A stretch of 64,000 nucleotides of DNA from an uncultured Candidatus Saccharibacteria bacterium. GTDB lineage: Bacteria; Patescibacteriota; Minisyncoccia; Phycocordibacterales; GCA-2401445. Below, one piece after another: positions 26,342 to 36,204 of the stretch. The position numbers were made by a program, and so were the translations under genes. Positions within the stretch are counted from its first letter, which is position 1. The number at the start of each line of letters is the position of its first letter. The stretch lies in assembly GCA_964436015.1 (NCBI GenBank), contig CAYTAR010000003.1:16678-80677 (forward strand), read 5' to 3'. The notes beneath the pieces were generated by a model. That model was not told the origin of the DNA, ran no database searches, and saw only the letters and a program-made list of their open reading frames with translations.

Positions 26342-29332
26342 ATGCGTGAACATTGCGTATTGTTCAGCATAGTGCTTCTATTCGCGAGCATGGTCTACCC
26401 GCAGGTTTCGTATGCACTCACTCCAGTACCTGCTACGTTTATTACGGGTGATGTGGTATGGACTCAAAATGATAGTCCATATGTACTGGAAGGTAATATA
26501 ACTATTGCGCCAAGTGCAACCCTTACTATTGAAGAAGGAGTTGAGGTGTTGTTTAAATCGAATAGATATATACAGGTGGCAGGGAGGCTTGTTGTAAATG
26601 GATTACCAAATGAGGAGGTGGTTTTTACTTCTCATAGCGGTGCGCGTGAGTGGTGGGGAGTGGTGGGTCATGGGGGTGTCATCGATATAAGTTATGCAGA
26701 GATAAGTAATAGTAGATCTGGTCTGTATTATTATGACAGTGATGGGGAATTGTACTCAGTCTACTTGTCGTCCAGTACCGCGCTTACAGTTGAAGATTCC
26801 AACGTTGATATGCGTCACAGTATTATACAGGGAGGGGGTGTGTGTATTCAGGAGCTCGGTGAATCACTGCTCAATCTTGAATACGTGACCGTTGAAGGGT
26901 GCGATGTCGGATTGTCTGTGAAGACAGAACCACCAAATATTCGGTTTGAAATTGCGAGTTCAACATTTAAAAATAATTTTGTTGGCATTGAGGTGCGACG
27001 ACCGCAAGGTCCAGTATTGGTACAAGAAGATCAATCTTTTATAAGTCGCTTTGCAAGATTATTTATCTCACCTGTATTTGCTGACACGTTTGTTGGTACT
27101 ATCATTTCTTCTCATTTTTCAGGAAATATAAACGCCGGTTTAGATTTACAAGTTGATCCAGATTTTTTAATTGATGCACGGAGCAATTGGTGGGGAGATG
27201 CAACTGGTCCATCGTCTGCTGAGAATACAGGCGGACAAGGTGATCGTGTATACGGAAATGTTTCTATTTCTCCATGGTTGACAGCAGAGCCGGTGCTTAC
27301 AATGCCAGTAGATAATGAAGAAATAGTGTGTTGCTCAAACGTACTATTCCTTCCAGGCTTGCTCGCAAGTGAACTTTATAAAGATGGATTAGTAGGAGAA
27401 GATCAGTTATGGCCTCCCACAGGTTGGGGTAGTGGGGATGTGGAGCAGCTTTTTATGAATAACTCCGGGGAGAGTGCAGAAGATATTTATACAAAAGAAA
27501 TAATGGAGACCGTAAAGACAATTAATATCTATAAGTCGTTTGTGTACAAAATGGATGAGTTGGTTGCCGAAGAGGTAATCGCAGAATGGATGCCGGTTGC
27601 ATATGATTGGAGGTATGATTCGCGGGATATTGTCCGGAGGGGGAGAATGTTGCCTCACGGAGGAGTGAGTTATGCTGACCCACTTCCCTCTGGTACGGAT
27701 CCGTATGTGGTGACTGCACTTCGCGATTTACTGAGTACGTCGCCGACCGGAAAAGTGAGTATTGTGGCGCATAGTAATGGAGGCTTGCTTGCAAAAGTGC
27801 TTGTGCGGGCGATTGAATCAGGAGAGTTTGATGGCTTGTCGGAAGATATTTTTGATAGGGTGGTGCTTGTCGCATCTCCACAAGTGGGTACTCCGAAAGC
27901 AATAGCGTCACTTCTTCACGGAGACCAAGCGGCACTTGGTGGTGGTGTGATAATGACAAAAACGGACGCTCGGGAATTGGTACGTAATATGCCCAGTGGG
28001 TATGGTTTGCTTCCTACTCAAAAATACTTTGATTTGGTCGAGGATCCGGTAATTGTATTTGATGATAGTTTGGAAGAGCTATTTGGTTTTGGTGGACGGG
28101 GAGACAGCATTACTACCGCTACGACGCTTCATGATTTTCTGTTAAGGCGTTTTGACACCAGACCAGATTCAGATTCTGATGAACTTTCTATTCCTCTCGT
28201 TGCAAATGAATCTATGCTTGAAAGAGCGATTGAGCTTCATAATGAGATTGATGAGTATGAGTTTCCGGATTCTGTACAGGTAATACAAATCGTTGGATGG
28301 GGCCTTGATACGATTAAAGGGGTTCGATACTACTCACCAGAAGGTTGTGTAGAAAAAGCCACTACAGAGAAAAAACTTATAGATTGTTTAAGGAGAAAAC
28401 TGTTGTTTACGGTTGAAGGAGATGGGACGGTGGTGTATAAGAGTGCTGATATGATGAGCTCTACCGAAACGGTTTATGTTGATATTTGGGAGAGAAATAA
28501 GTCATCTAGGTTGGATAGTGATAGAGATCATAAAAACATTACAGAGATAGATCAAGTTCTTGAATTTCTTATTTATGTTTTCTCAACTACCTCAGACACA
28601 GTAGTAGATACGCTACCGCAGTTTTTTACAAAAGAGAAGAAAATACCTAGCACTCTTGATGACAGGTTGCGCATCGTTATTCATTCTCCACTTGATGTTA
28701 TTATTACCGACAGTTTTGGAAGTACAACCTCTTCATACACAAATACTGAAACCGGAGAGGTGGTATTGATTCAAGACATATCAAATAGTTACTTATTCTT
28801 TGACGGAGAGAGTAAGTATATAGGATTACCTGATGATGGATTACATAGCGTAACTCTGTCTGCGTATGAGCATGGTACCTATAGCGTGGAAGTGGATCGT
28901 GTTGTGGGTGATAATATTGCCACTTCAAGTCAATTTATAAATTTGCCGGTCATTGAAGGTCAGAAAGTAAAGGTGGAAATTTTAAGTACGAGTACAATAT
29001 TGTGGCTAGACTACAACGATGATGGGGTCTTTGATGATTATGTGTTACCAATGGATGGTTTTGATGAGATAGAATATTTGAAAATGGTAAAGGGGATTGT
29101 AGGTACTCTTGAATTGCCATTAAAATATAGAAAACAGATAGAAAACAAAATTGATACCATACTTCGTACGCACGGAAAGGAAGGAAATGATACAATAAAT
29201 GTACTTATAAGAGGACTGATAAAGAACTTGGAAAAAGATTTAAAGAAAGAAAAGAAAGAAGAGTACCTAAGGGATATGAGGACACTTTTAACATTATTAG
29301 AAATTTTTAACGAATATGATGAAAAAAATTAA
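26342..29332 (+). CDS. large secreted multidomain protein: right-handed beta-helix region plus alpha/beta-hydrolase (lipase-like GHSxG) domain
   Basis: 996 aa. Signal peptide. Pectate-lyase-like parallel beta-helix repeats in the N-terminal about 300 aa. IVAHSNGGLLAKVL nucleophile elbow around residue 480. C-terminal Ig-like and coiled regions. Confidence 0.55.
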   Translation: MREHCVLFSIVLLFASMVYPQVSYALTPVPATFITGDVVWTQNDSPYVLEGNITIAPSATLTIEEGVEVLFKSNRYIQVAGRLVVNGLPNEEVVFTSHSGAREWWGVVGHGGVIDISYAEISNSRSGLYYYDSDGELYSVYLSSSTALTVEDSNVDMRHSIIQGGGVCIQELGESLLNLEYVTVEGCDVGLSVKTEPPNIRFEIASSTFKNNFVGIEVRRPQGPVLVQEDQSFISRFARLFISPVFADTFVGTIISSHFSGNINAGLDLQVDPDFLIDARSNWWGDATGPSSAENTGGQGDRVYGNVSISPWLTAEPVLTMPVDNEEIVCCSNVLFLPGLLASELYKDGLVGEDQLWPPTGWGSGDVEQLFMNNSGESAEDIYTKEIMETVKTINIYKSFVYKMDELVAEEVIAEWMPVAYDWRYDSRDIVRRGRMLPHGGVSYADPLPSGTDPYVVTALRDLLSTSPTGKVSIVAHSNGGLLAKVLVRAIESGEFDGLSEDIFDRVVLVASPQVGTPKAIASLLHGDQAALGGGVIMTKTDARELVRNMPSGYGLLPTQKYFDLVEDPVIVFDDSLEELFGFGGRGDSITTATTLHDFLLRRFDTRPDSDSDELSIPLVANESMLERAIELHNEIDEYEFPDSVQVIQIVGWGLDTIKGVRYYSPEGCVEKATTEKKLIDCLRRKLLFTVEGDGTVVYKSADMMSSTETVYVDIWERNKSSRLDSDRDHKNITEIDQVLEFLIYVFSTTSDTVVDTLPQFFTKEKKIPSTLDDRLRIVIHSPLDVIITDSFGSTTSSYTNTETGEVVLIQDISNSYLFFDGESKYIGLPDDGLHSVTLSAYEHGTYSVEVDRVVGDNIATSSQFINLPVIEGQKVKVEILSTSTILWLDYNDDGVFDDYVLPMDGFDEIEYLKMVKGIVGTLELPLKYRKQIENKIDTILRTHGKEGNDTINVLIRGLIKNLEKDLKKEKKEEYLRDMRTLLTLLEIFNEYDEKN

Positions 29333-29696
29333 TTATTTATTAGGTTTTATTTCAGTTTTGGTACTAGTGTGGAGTAATTTTTTTGTTGATGTCAGCAATT
29401 CAAGTCGTCGCGTTATAGAAATAGCCGATTCTGCGTGGTTACTTTCTGCTTCCATAATACTCTCAAGTATGATAATTCTTTTAATTTTGCGCACATTTAG
29501 GAGATTTTGGAGTATCTCGCTCTATGCCGTTGTGATTGTTGCACCCATATTGCTGAGTCTTGTTCCAAGCACATGTGGCACATTAGTATGCATACACAGA
29601 AATTTGATGGCACAAACAATCTCTCTTGGATTTATAGTCTTCTCTCTTATCTATGCACTCGTTACGCGGAAGAAAGAGGTTGTCACTGTAAAGTAG
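29316..29696 (+). CDS. small membrane protein
   Basis: 126 aa with 4 hydrophobic helices. Overlaps the preceding stop codon. Confidence 0.4.
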   Translation: MMKKINYLLGFISVLVLVWSNFFVDVSNSSRRVIEIADSAWLLSASIILSSMIILLILRTFRRFWSISLYAVVIVAPILLSLVPSTCGTLVCIHRNLMAQTISLGFIVFSLIYALVTRKKEVVTVK

Positions 29697-29793
29697 CGCC
29701 ATAAGTACCAAGTTTTCACTTTTTTAACAGGGAAAAAGTAGGCATGAAAAATACCCAGTGGTATACTAGTGTATATATACTAAAATTAAATTT

Positions 29794-30348
29794 ATGGAAA
29801 AAATACCAGAAAGTGTCGATGGTGGAGTAGTAGCTGAAAGTTCTCGCAGTGATATTCCCGAAGCAGAGCAAACAGATTTTAGTGATGGTCCAGTAACTCC
29901 TGAGGAGGCGCAAGAAGCGGTTGATGAACTTGGTATTGAAGGTAATGAGGAAGCACGCGATGGTGAGTCAAAAGAAGATTGGGAAAACCGCACTGATGCG
30001 ACCGCTGAAGCAGAGGTTGAAAAGCAAGCGGCTCAAGATAAAGAAAACTTGGAGCGTGTGCGCGCTGAACTTGAGGCATCGCACGAAGATGATGTAGAAG
30101 ACCGAGGTGGGTCACTTGAAGAGGAGGACAGGCCAGAGGGTTTTAGGCACACTCTTTCAGTAAGTGCTACTATGATGGGCGGTATGGAAATGGGTCGTGG
30201 AGGAACCAGTAATGAAAAAGAAGTAAAATTAAAGGCATGTGAAAAGTGTAAAGGTGGAGGAAGGTTTCTTTTTATCTTCAAATGTGGTGTATGTGGTGGG
30301 ACTGGGCGTGTTCCTACTTCTATCCGTGTAAAAGAGACACATCACTAA
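29794..30348 (+). CDS. acidic, disordered protein with two C-terminal DnaJ-type CxxCxGxG zinc-finger motifs
   Basis: 184 aa. The first 130 aa are D/E-rich. The C terminus carries CEKCKGGG and CGVCGGTG. Confidence 0.45.
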   Translation: MEKIPESVDGGVVAESSRSDIPEAEQTDFSDGPVTPEEAQEAVDELGIEGNEEARDGESKEDWENRTDATAEAEVEKQAAQDKENLERVRAELEASHEDDVEDRGGSLEEEDRPEGFRHTLSVSATMMGGMEMGRGGTSNEKEVKLKACEKCKGGGRFLFIFKCGVCGGTGRVPTSIRVKETHH

Positions 30349-30405
30349 TTTGTACATAGGCGGTCTGATTTTGAAAGGTGCTGATTATACGTTAGTATAA
30401 GTGTA

Positions 30406-31653
30406 ATGGAGTGGTTAACGGCTGTGCCGGTATACGGTATATTGTTTGCAACCTTGTATTTTGAGGTTTTTTTGGTGTATACGTATTTTGAAGAGCGATC
30501 TCATTTTAAACACCAGCGTGTGGCCAAGCGCGCTCATGGCGCATACCCAACTGTGACTGTCATCGTGCCCGCGTGGAACGAGGAAAAGACACTCGCAAAG
30601 ACTATTCAGTCGCTCCTCGCACTTGAGTACCCTAAGAAGAAACTTTCAATATTTATTGTAAATGACGGGTCAACAGACAATACACTTGCGGTTGCGCGTG
30701 AGTTTGAACGATATAAGCACATTCGCGTATTTACCAAAGCGAATGGTGGTAAACACACCGCAATGAACCTTGGAATTGAGCATTCTAATGCTGACTTGGT
30801 GGGCTGTCTTGATGCGGACTCGTTTGTGCACCCTAAGGCGCTGATGAATATTGTTGAGCAGTTTACTGATAAAGAGGTGATGGCGGTTACTCCGTCAGTG
30901 CAAATCTATACCCCACAAAACTGGCTTCAGCATATTCAAGCGGTTGAGTACATGGTGGGGCAGTTCACTCGAAAAGTGCTTTCTCGTATTCACGCGCTCT
31001 ATGTTACTCCTGGACCTTTTTCTTTTTACCGACGGGATATTTTTGAGAAAATCGGTGGTTTTGTGCATGGGTATGGGACTGAGGACATGGAAATGGCGAT
31101 GAGAATGCAAGCGCACCATATGCGTATAGAAAACGCACATGGTGCGCTCGTGTATACGGTATCTCCGCGAACTATACCCGTGTTGTATAAGCAGAGAGTT
31201 AGGTGGGTATCGGGCTTTTTAAAGAACGCACTTCACAGCTACCGTTACATGTTCTTTAACAAGCAGTTTGGTGACTTTGGCTTTTTGATTTTCCCATTTG
31301 CACTTATCTCTATCTTTGCGGGACTCTTTTTCTCGCTTCAGTATGTTCAAACACTCGCAACAACTATATATGAGCGGTATGTGGAGTATACTGCTCTTGG
31401 TGTTCATTTTAACTTTGGTATGCCGACTATTGAGTGGTTCACCCTTAACGTAGAATTTAACCGTTTACTCATTTACCTTTTGTTGTTTGTTACGTTGTTG
31501 TTTATTGTCGCGGGAACAGTGTTGGTAAAACAGCGTTTTGTGTTTTCTCGGGGTATTATTTTCTTTATTCTTATGTATGGATTATTGGCTCCTTTCTGGT
31601 TGGCAAAATCTGTGTATAATCTCCTGGTCGCTCGAAATGCGCAGTGGCGGTAA
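30406..31653 (+). CDS. processive family-2 glycosyltransferase (PgaC/IcaA/cellulose-synthase-like)
   Basis: 415 aa. VIVPAWNEE, VNDGSTDNT, DADS and a QRVRW (QxxRW) motif. TM helices at both ends. Confidence 0.8.
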   Translation: MEWLTAVPVYGILFATLYFEVFLVYTYFEERSHFKHQRVAKRAHGAYPTVTVIVPAWNEEKTLAKTIQSLLALEYPKKKLSIFIVNDGSTDNTLAVAREFERYKHIRVFTKANGGKHTAMNLGIEHSNADLVGCLDADSFVHPKALMNIVEQFTDKEVMAVTPSVQIYTPQNWLQHIQAVEYMVGQFTRKVLSRIHALYVTPGPFSFYRRDIFEKIGGFVHGYGTEDMEMAMRMQAHHMRIENAHGALVYTVSPRTIPVLYKQRVRWVSGFLKNALHSYRYMFFNKQFGDFGFLIFPFALISIFAGLFFSLQYVQTLATTIYERYVEYTALGVHFNFGMPTIEWFTLNVEFNRLLIYLLLFVTLLFIVAGTVLVKQRFVFSRGIIFFILMYGLLAPFWLAKSVYNLLVARNAQWR

Positions 31654-32345
31654 TTATGAGAACGTTTAACATACAAAAATACGTACTAGTCTTTTTAATT
31701 ACTCTCGGTTTGTTCGGGGTGATGTATCTCGCTTCTGAGTTTTTTTATAATGAGCGCGTTGCGCAGATCAAAACCCTTGAGGATACGATTAGTAGGAGCG
31801 TGCTTGAAAGTGAAATACAGTACCGACTACTTTCAGATAGTGCGTGTGAGGTTGAGGGGGCTGCAAATCCTTTTTTAATTGAGGAGATAAACACACTTGC
31901 GCGCAGATTGGATGTGATGGAGGCACAACGAGGATCTGACAATGATGAGGTGATTTCTCTAAAAAAATATTATTCGTTACTTCAAATACGAGATTATCTT
32001 TTTGTACGTGACCGTGGACGTCTGTGTGGCACGTCTCCTGCAACTATTATCTATTTTTACTCAAACAGTGGCGATTGTGATGATTGTAAAAAGATGGGCT
32101 ATGTTCTTACGAGTCTCAGAGAAGAGTACCCAACACTGCACGTGTATTCGTTTGATTACAATATCGGACTTTCGGTAATTGATGTGCTAAAGTCAATTTA
32201 TGATTTATCAGGTGAGTTGCCGGTGCTCGTGATAGATCGTAAACCGTTTTATGGATTCAAGACGCGAGATCAAGTACTTGATTTGTTGCCGACTTTGGTC
32301 CGTGCAACAACGACTGAGGAGGTTTCTATTGAACAAGAAGAGTAG
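31644..32345 (+). CDS. membrane-anchored hypothetical protein (possible thioredoxin-like CxxC)
   Basis: 233 aa. Overlaps the glycosyltransferase stop codon. N-terminal TM helix. Contains SGDCDDC. Confidence 0.45.
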   Translation: MAVIMRTFNIQKYVLVFLITLGLFGVMYLASEFFYNERVAQIKTLEDTISRSVLESEIQYRLLSDSACEVEGAANPFLIEEINTLARRLDVMEAQRGSDNDEVISLKKYYSLLQIRDYLFVRDRGRLCGTSPATIIYFYSNSGDCDDCKKMGYVLTSLREEYPTLHVYSFDYNIGLSVIDVLKSIYDLSGELPVLVIDRKPFYGFKTRDQVLDLLPTLVRATTTEEVSIEQEE

Positions 32346-32346
32346 C

Positions 32347-32637
32347 ATGCGTTGCGCATTTACTGCTGTTGCAAAGCAATTTACAGGAAGTGTGCCTTGG
32401 GTGTACGTGGAAGTTCCAAAAAAGATAGAGTCAAAAGTTCGTGTTTCTGTTGGGACTCACGCAGGGAAGGGTTGGAGATTTGTGCCGATTTCTGTTTCCA
32501 TTCGTACTACACAATGGAAGACATCACTACTTCCACTGGGGAATAATGCGGGGTATTTCATTGCATTGAAGAGTGATGTTAGGAGACGGGAGCAGATTAC
32601 TGTTGGGGACAAGGTTTCTCTTTCATTTACTTTTTAA
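32347..32637 (+). CDS. DUF1905 domain protein
   Basis: 96 aa from MRCAFTAV. VPWVYVEVP...GKGWRFVPISVSI...LLPLGN..GYFIALKSDVRR...GDKVSLSF matches the DUF1905 pattern as I recall it. Confidence 0.55.
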   Translation: MRCAFTAVAKQFTGSVPWVYVEVPKKIESKVRVSVGTHAGKGWRFVPISVSIRTTQWKTSLLPLGNNAGYFIALKSDVRRREQITVGDKVSLSFTF

Positions 32638-32666
32638 CGTATACTAGAGACATTCACTAATGCAAT

Positions 32667-33632
32667 ATGGCAAAAGAAAATAAACACTTATATATTTTTA
32701 TTTTTTCCGGAGTAGCACTGTTGGGTGTTATTCTATTTTTTATACTAAAGACAAATACACTCACGGTAGAGCTTACCAATACACAGTCAGCGCTCGCTAC
32801 ATCAACTAACCGGGTTTTGACTCTAGAGACAATGCTTGATCAGGAGATTTCTGCTCATGCGACCACTTCATCACACTTGGCCGATACTCGTTCTGTTCTA
32901 GAGACGGTACAGCAGAATTATAATTTAACCAAGTCAGACCGTGATTCGCTTGCAAGTGCCCTCCAAACAGAAAAGGAGCGTGTACAAATAGCAACAGAAC
33001 AAGTCACAATACTTACAGGGGCGGTAACGACTCTCACAAAATTGAATGAGACCGATAAAGAGCTGTTGCAAAAGTATTCAAAAGTATATTTCCTAAATGA
33101 GCACTACCTCCCGAGTGAGTTGAGTATCATACCACCGTACTATACGTATGATGAGAGTAAGGAATACAGTATTCACGCAAATGTTGCTCCATTTTTGAAA
33201 GCAATGCAGGATGATGCTGAGAAGGAGGGGATTACCTTGTGGGTGCGGTCAGCATATCGTTCATTTGATGAGCAGGCGGGACTGAAGGCGACGTATACGG
33301 TTAGTTATGGAAATGGTGCGAATAATTTTTCTGCTGATCAAGGGTATTCTGAGCACCAGCTTGGTACGACGGTAGACTTTACCACACGAGGAATAGGTGG
33401 AGGATTGGAAGGTTTTGGAAATACTCCCGCGTATGCATGGCTTGTGAAGAATGCTCATAAATATGGATTTACCCTTTCTTATCCAGAGAATAATGCGTAT
33501 TACATATTTGAACCGTGGCACTGGAGGTTTGTAGGAAAGAAGCTTGCAACTGATCTCTTTGAGTCGGGTAAACACTTCTATGACCTAGAGCAACGCGCGA
33601 TTGATGCGTACCTGCTTACTATTTTTGATTAG
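32667..33632 (+). CDS. M15B (VanY-like) D-alanyl-D-alanine carboxypeptidase family protein
   Basis: 321 aa. TM helix, coiled coil, then VRSAYRSFDEQ, SEHQLGTTVDF and EPWHWRF (M15 zinc-ligand blocks). Confidence 0.75.
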   Translation: MAKENKHLYIFIFSGVALLGVILFFILKTNTLTVELTNTQSALATSTNRVLTLETMLDQEISAHATTSSHLADTRSVLETVQQNYNLTKSDRDSLASALQTEKERVQIATEQVTILTGAVTTLTKLNETDKELLQKYSKVYFLNEHYLPSELSIIPPYYTYDESKEYSIHANVAPFLKAMQDDAEKEGITLWVRSAYRSFDEQAGLKATYTVSYGNGANNFSADQGYSEHQLGTTVDFTTRGIGGGLEGFGNTPAYAWLVKNAHKYGFTLSYPENNAYYIFEPWHWRFVGKKLATDLFESGKHFYDLEQRAIDAYLLTIFD

Positions 33633-33704
33633 GATTGCATGGTATTTTTGTAAGCTCTTTAAAAGAGTGTAGTAGCTCAGTTTAATAGAGAATATCTGCA
33701 CCAT

Positions 33705-33732
33705 CCTCTCTTACGATATATCGTAAGAGAGG
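33705..33732. terminator. bidirectional terminator (perfect 14-bp palindrome)
   Basis: CCTCTCTTACGATA|TATCGTAAGAGAGG between convergent genes. Confidence 0.65.
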
Positions 33733-33764
33733 AGTTTTAAGTTTAATGACAAAAGAAAGCTGTA

Positions 33765-34466
33765 TTACCAACTTCGCTCTGCATAGAGGGAGACACTTCT
33801 TCGCTTTCCACCACTTTTTCTTTTATGTCCGTGTGACTTGAGAACTTTGTGAATGATAAAATTTTCACCCAAGAGAGATTCCATTTCTTCTACGGTAAAC
33901 ACGTGTTCCGCAACGCCAATTTCAGGGTGGATATAGGTATTCTTTTCGCTGCCTGGATTTTCCTCTAGTAGACGATATGCATGCTTATCTTCGTCCAAAA
34001 GGAAAGTTTTCCAAAAGAACCAACCGCCTGGTTTGAGTACTCGCGCTATTTCATTGATGCATGTTTTTCTTTCTGCTTCAGAAAGGAAGTGTGACGTCAT
34101 CATATCAAGAACGAGCGTTTGGCTCTCGCTTGGTATTGATAATTCACCAGCTATAGAGCGTACTTCATACTGAATAGGGAGAGTGGTGCTTCGTTTACGT
34201 GCTTGTCGTATCGCCTCTCCTGAAATATCAAATCCAACTCCCCGAACTCCAAAATGCTCACTCAAGTAGATTAAGTTTCGGCCATTTCCACAGCCCAAAT
34301 CAAGCGCGGTTGCAGTTGGGTTAAGTATCTTATTTCCGTGTTCACGCATAAGAAACCGGACGAATTTTTGCAAATCTTCACTTGGCTCATCAGACAAAGC
34401 GAGGTGGGTGTTGCTCCCATACTCTTTATTCCAGAATTTTTTACCTACCGGCTTTTTGCGATTCAT
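33765..34466 (-). CDS. class I SAM-dependent methyltransferase
   Basis: About 233 aa from MNRKKPV. LDLGCGNGRN motif I. A longer start would overlap the divergent rlmB. Confidence 0.7.
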   Translation of the reverse strand: MNRKKPVGKKFWNKEYGSNTHLALSDEPSEDLQKFVRFLMREHGNKILNPTATALDLGCGNGRNLIYLSEHFGVRGVGFDISGEAIRQARKRSTTLPIQYEVRSIAGELSIPSESQTLVLDMMTSHFLSEAERKTCINEIARVLKPGGWFFWKTFLLDEDKHAYRLLEENPGSEKNTYIHPEIGVAEHVFTVEEMESLLGENFIIHKVLKSHGHKRKSGGKRRSVSLYAERSW

Positions 34467-34522
34467 GCAGGTATTAGAGCATGTTGCGTGCGTGTTCGCA
34501 ATATGCGTTGTATACTTTTGAG

Positions 34523-35275
34523 ATGAGCAGTGATACGGTTTACATTTATGGACGACATACGGTGAGCGAAGCGCTCGCAAAAAAACCTCACGTGATTAAA
34601 AGAGTCTTGGTTGCTGACTACGTATCTGACCCAAAATTTTTACATCTTCTTCGCGAAGCCTCAGTCCCTGTTGAGGTACTTACACAAAAAACATGTCCCA
34701 AAACGATTGATGATACTGTTGCGCACCAAGGTATCGTCGCGAGTATCGCAGTTGAGCGCCTCATTATTCCGTACCAAGAGTTTATCAGGTCGCTCTCAGT
34801 AACCAATCGCACGGGGATTGTTGCGTTAGGAGAGCTTTCTGATACGCAAAATGTAGGTGCGATTATTCGATCCAGCGCTGGATTTGGTATATCTGCAATA
34901 CTTATCCCTGAACATAATCAGGCACCTATTACCAGTACGGTTGCTAAAGTTTCTGCAGGAATGATATTTCAAGTTCCGCTTGTTTCAGTAACGAGTCTGA
35001 ACAATGCTCTGCGAGACCTCAAAGATAAAGGGTTTTGGGTATACGGGCTAGATGAAAAAGGAACTCAGTCCTTACCGAAAGAAAAGTTTGATGCACCGGC
35101 AGTGTTCGTGGTTGGAAATGAAGGGGAGGGACTTCGAAAGGCAACTCATGAGCTTTGTGATATTTTACTTTCAATTCCTATGGATAGGCGCTGTGAATCG
35201 TTTAATGCTGCTACGTCAGTGGCAATAGTGCTGTATCAGTGGAGTGTGTACACCCACCAGAGGGGTCAGGGTTAA
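34523..35275 (+). CDS. rlmB: TrmH/SpoU-family 23S rRNA (Gm2251) 2'-O-methyltransferase RlmB-like
   Basis: About 250 aa. VYIYGRHTVSEAL, LGELSDTQNVGAIIRSSAGFG, VVGNEGEGL. Confidence 0.8.
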   Translation: MSSDTVYIYGRHTVSEALAKKPHVIKRVLVADYVSDPKFLHLLREASVPVEVLTQKTCPKTIDDTVAHQGIVASIAVERLIIPYQEFIRSLSVTNRTGIVALGELSDTQNVGAIIRSSAGFGISAILIPEHNQAPITSTVAKVSAGMIFQVPLVSVTSLNNALRDLKDKGFWVYGLDEKGTQSLPKEKFDAPAVFVVGNEGEGLRKATHELCDILLSIPMDRRCESFNAATSVAIVLYQWSVYTHQRGQG

Positions 35276-35324
35276 ATACATAGTACGTTCTTGCACAAAA
35301 TATGACGAGTAGTACAATGAAATT

Positions 35325-35729
35325 ATGATGAAAAAATATATTCTCAGTATTGGTGTACTCCTTTTTGTTTTTGTGGTTGGATATGTTGCAGGAAGTAAAA
35401 CAGCTGAAGCTCCGACTGAACGCACGGTTAACTCTTTTGAGGAATGTGTTAGTGCCGGTAATCCCGTCATGGAAAGTTATCCGCGCCAATGTCGTCACGA
35501 AGGCGAACTCTTTGTAGAGATCATAGATGTTGAACCTCAAGTTATTACGTGTACACCAGACCAGAGGAATAGATTTTGCACTAAAGAATATAATCCAGTG
35601 TGTGGACTTACTCAGGTTGAATGTATTACCACACCATGTGACCCCGTGCCCCAAACCTATGGTAATGGATGTAGCGCGTGTAGTGAGGAACGGGTAATCT
35701 CATACACCATGGGAGAATGCTCAGTGTAG
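35325..35729 (+). CDS. secreted Kazal-type (protease-inhibitor-like) Cys-rich protein
   Basis: 134 aa. Signal peptide. CTKEYNPVCG...YGNGCSAC Kazal spacing. Confidence 0.5.
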   Translation: MMKKYILSIGVLLFVFVVGYVAGSKTAEAPTERTVNSFEECVSAGNPVMESYPRQCRHEGELFVEIIDVEPQVITCTPDQRNRFCTKEYNPVCGLTQVECITTPCDPVPQTYGNGCSACSEERVISYTMGECSV

Positions 35730-35798
35730 TATGCACGCGAAATATTCAACAACACGCAATCAGTAAAACACATTACTTCTGACCACCACCACCACCAA

Positions 35799-36119
35799 TT
35801 GCTCTTGTATAGAATATTCTGGTTTCTTATAGCGTATGGGTTGTATATTGCCAATAGCATCCATGTGCCTGATTTTGGAATGAGGGCACTTTTATTTATT
35901 TTGCTTGTAGTGTGGTGTGTCGTATTGCCGTTACGCTTTATTCTGCGCGATGAGACATATACTCATACAAAGAAAACTACCAGAATTGCGGTGTGGTTTT
36001 TCTTACTGTTTTTACTACTCTGTCTCTCAAGTGCATCAATTCAAATGATTGATGGAGTTAACTACGGGGAAAGCAACTTCGCACTACTATATGATGTGCT
36101 CATGCGTTTCGCTCAGTAG
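35799..36119 (+). CDS. small membrane protein
   Basis: 106 aa with 3 TM helices. Confidence 0.4.
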   Translation: MLLYRIFWFLIAYGLYIANSIHVPDFGMRALLFILLVVWCVVLPLRFILRDETYTHTKKTTRIAVWFFLLFLLLCLSSASIQMIDGVNYGESNFALLYDVLMRFAQ

Positions 36120-36204
36120 TATTCCTGTTTAGGGAGGTTTTTGAAAAAATAAGTTTGTACGATTTTCTTGGACAGAAGGTCATTTTTTTGTATAGTAAGT
36201 TCCT

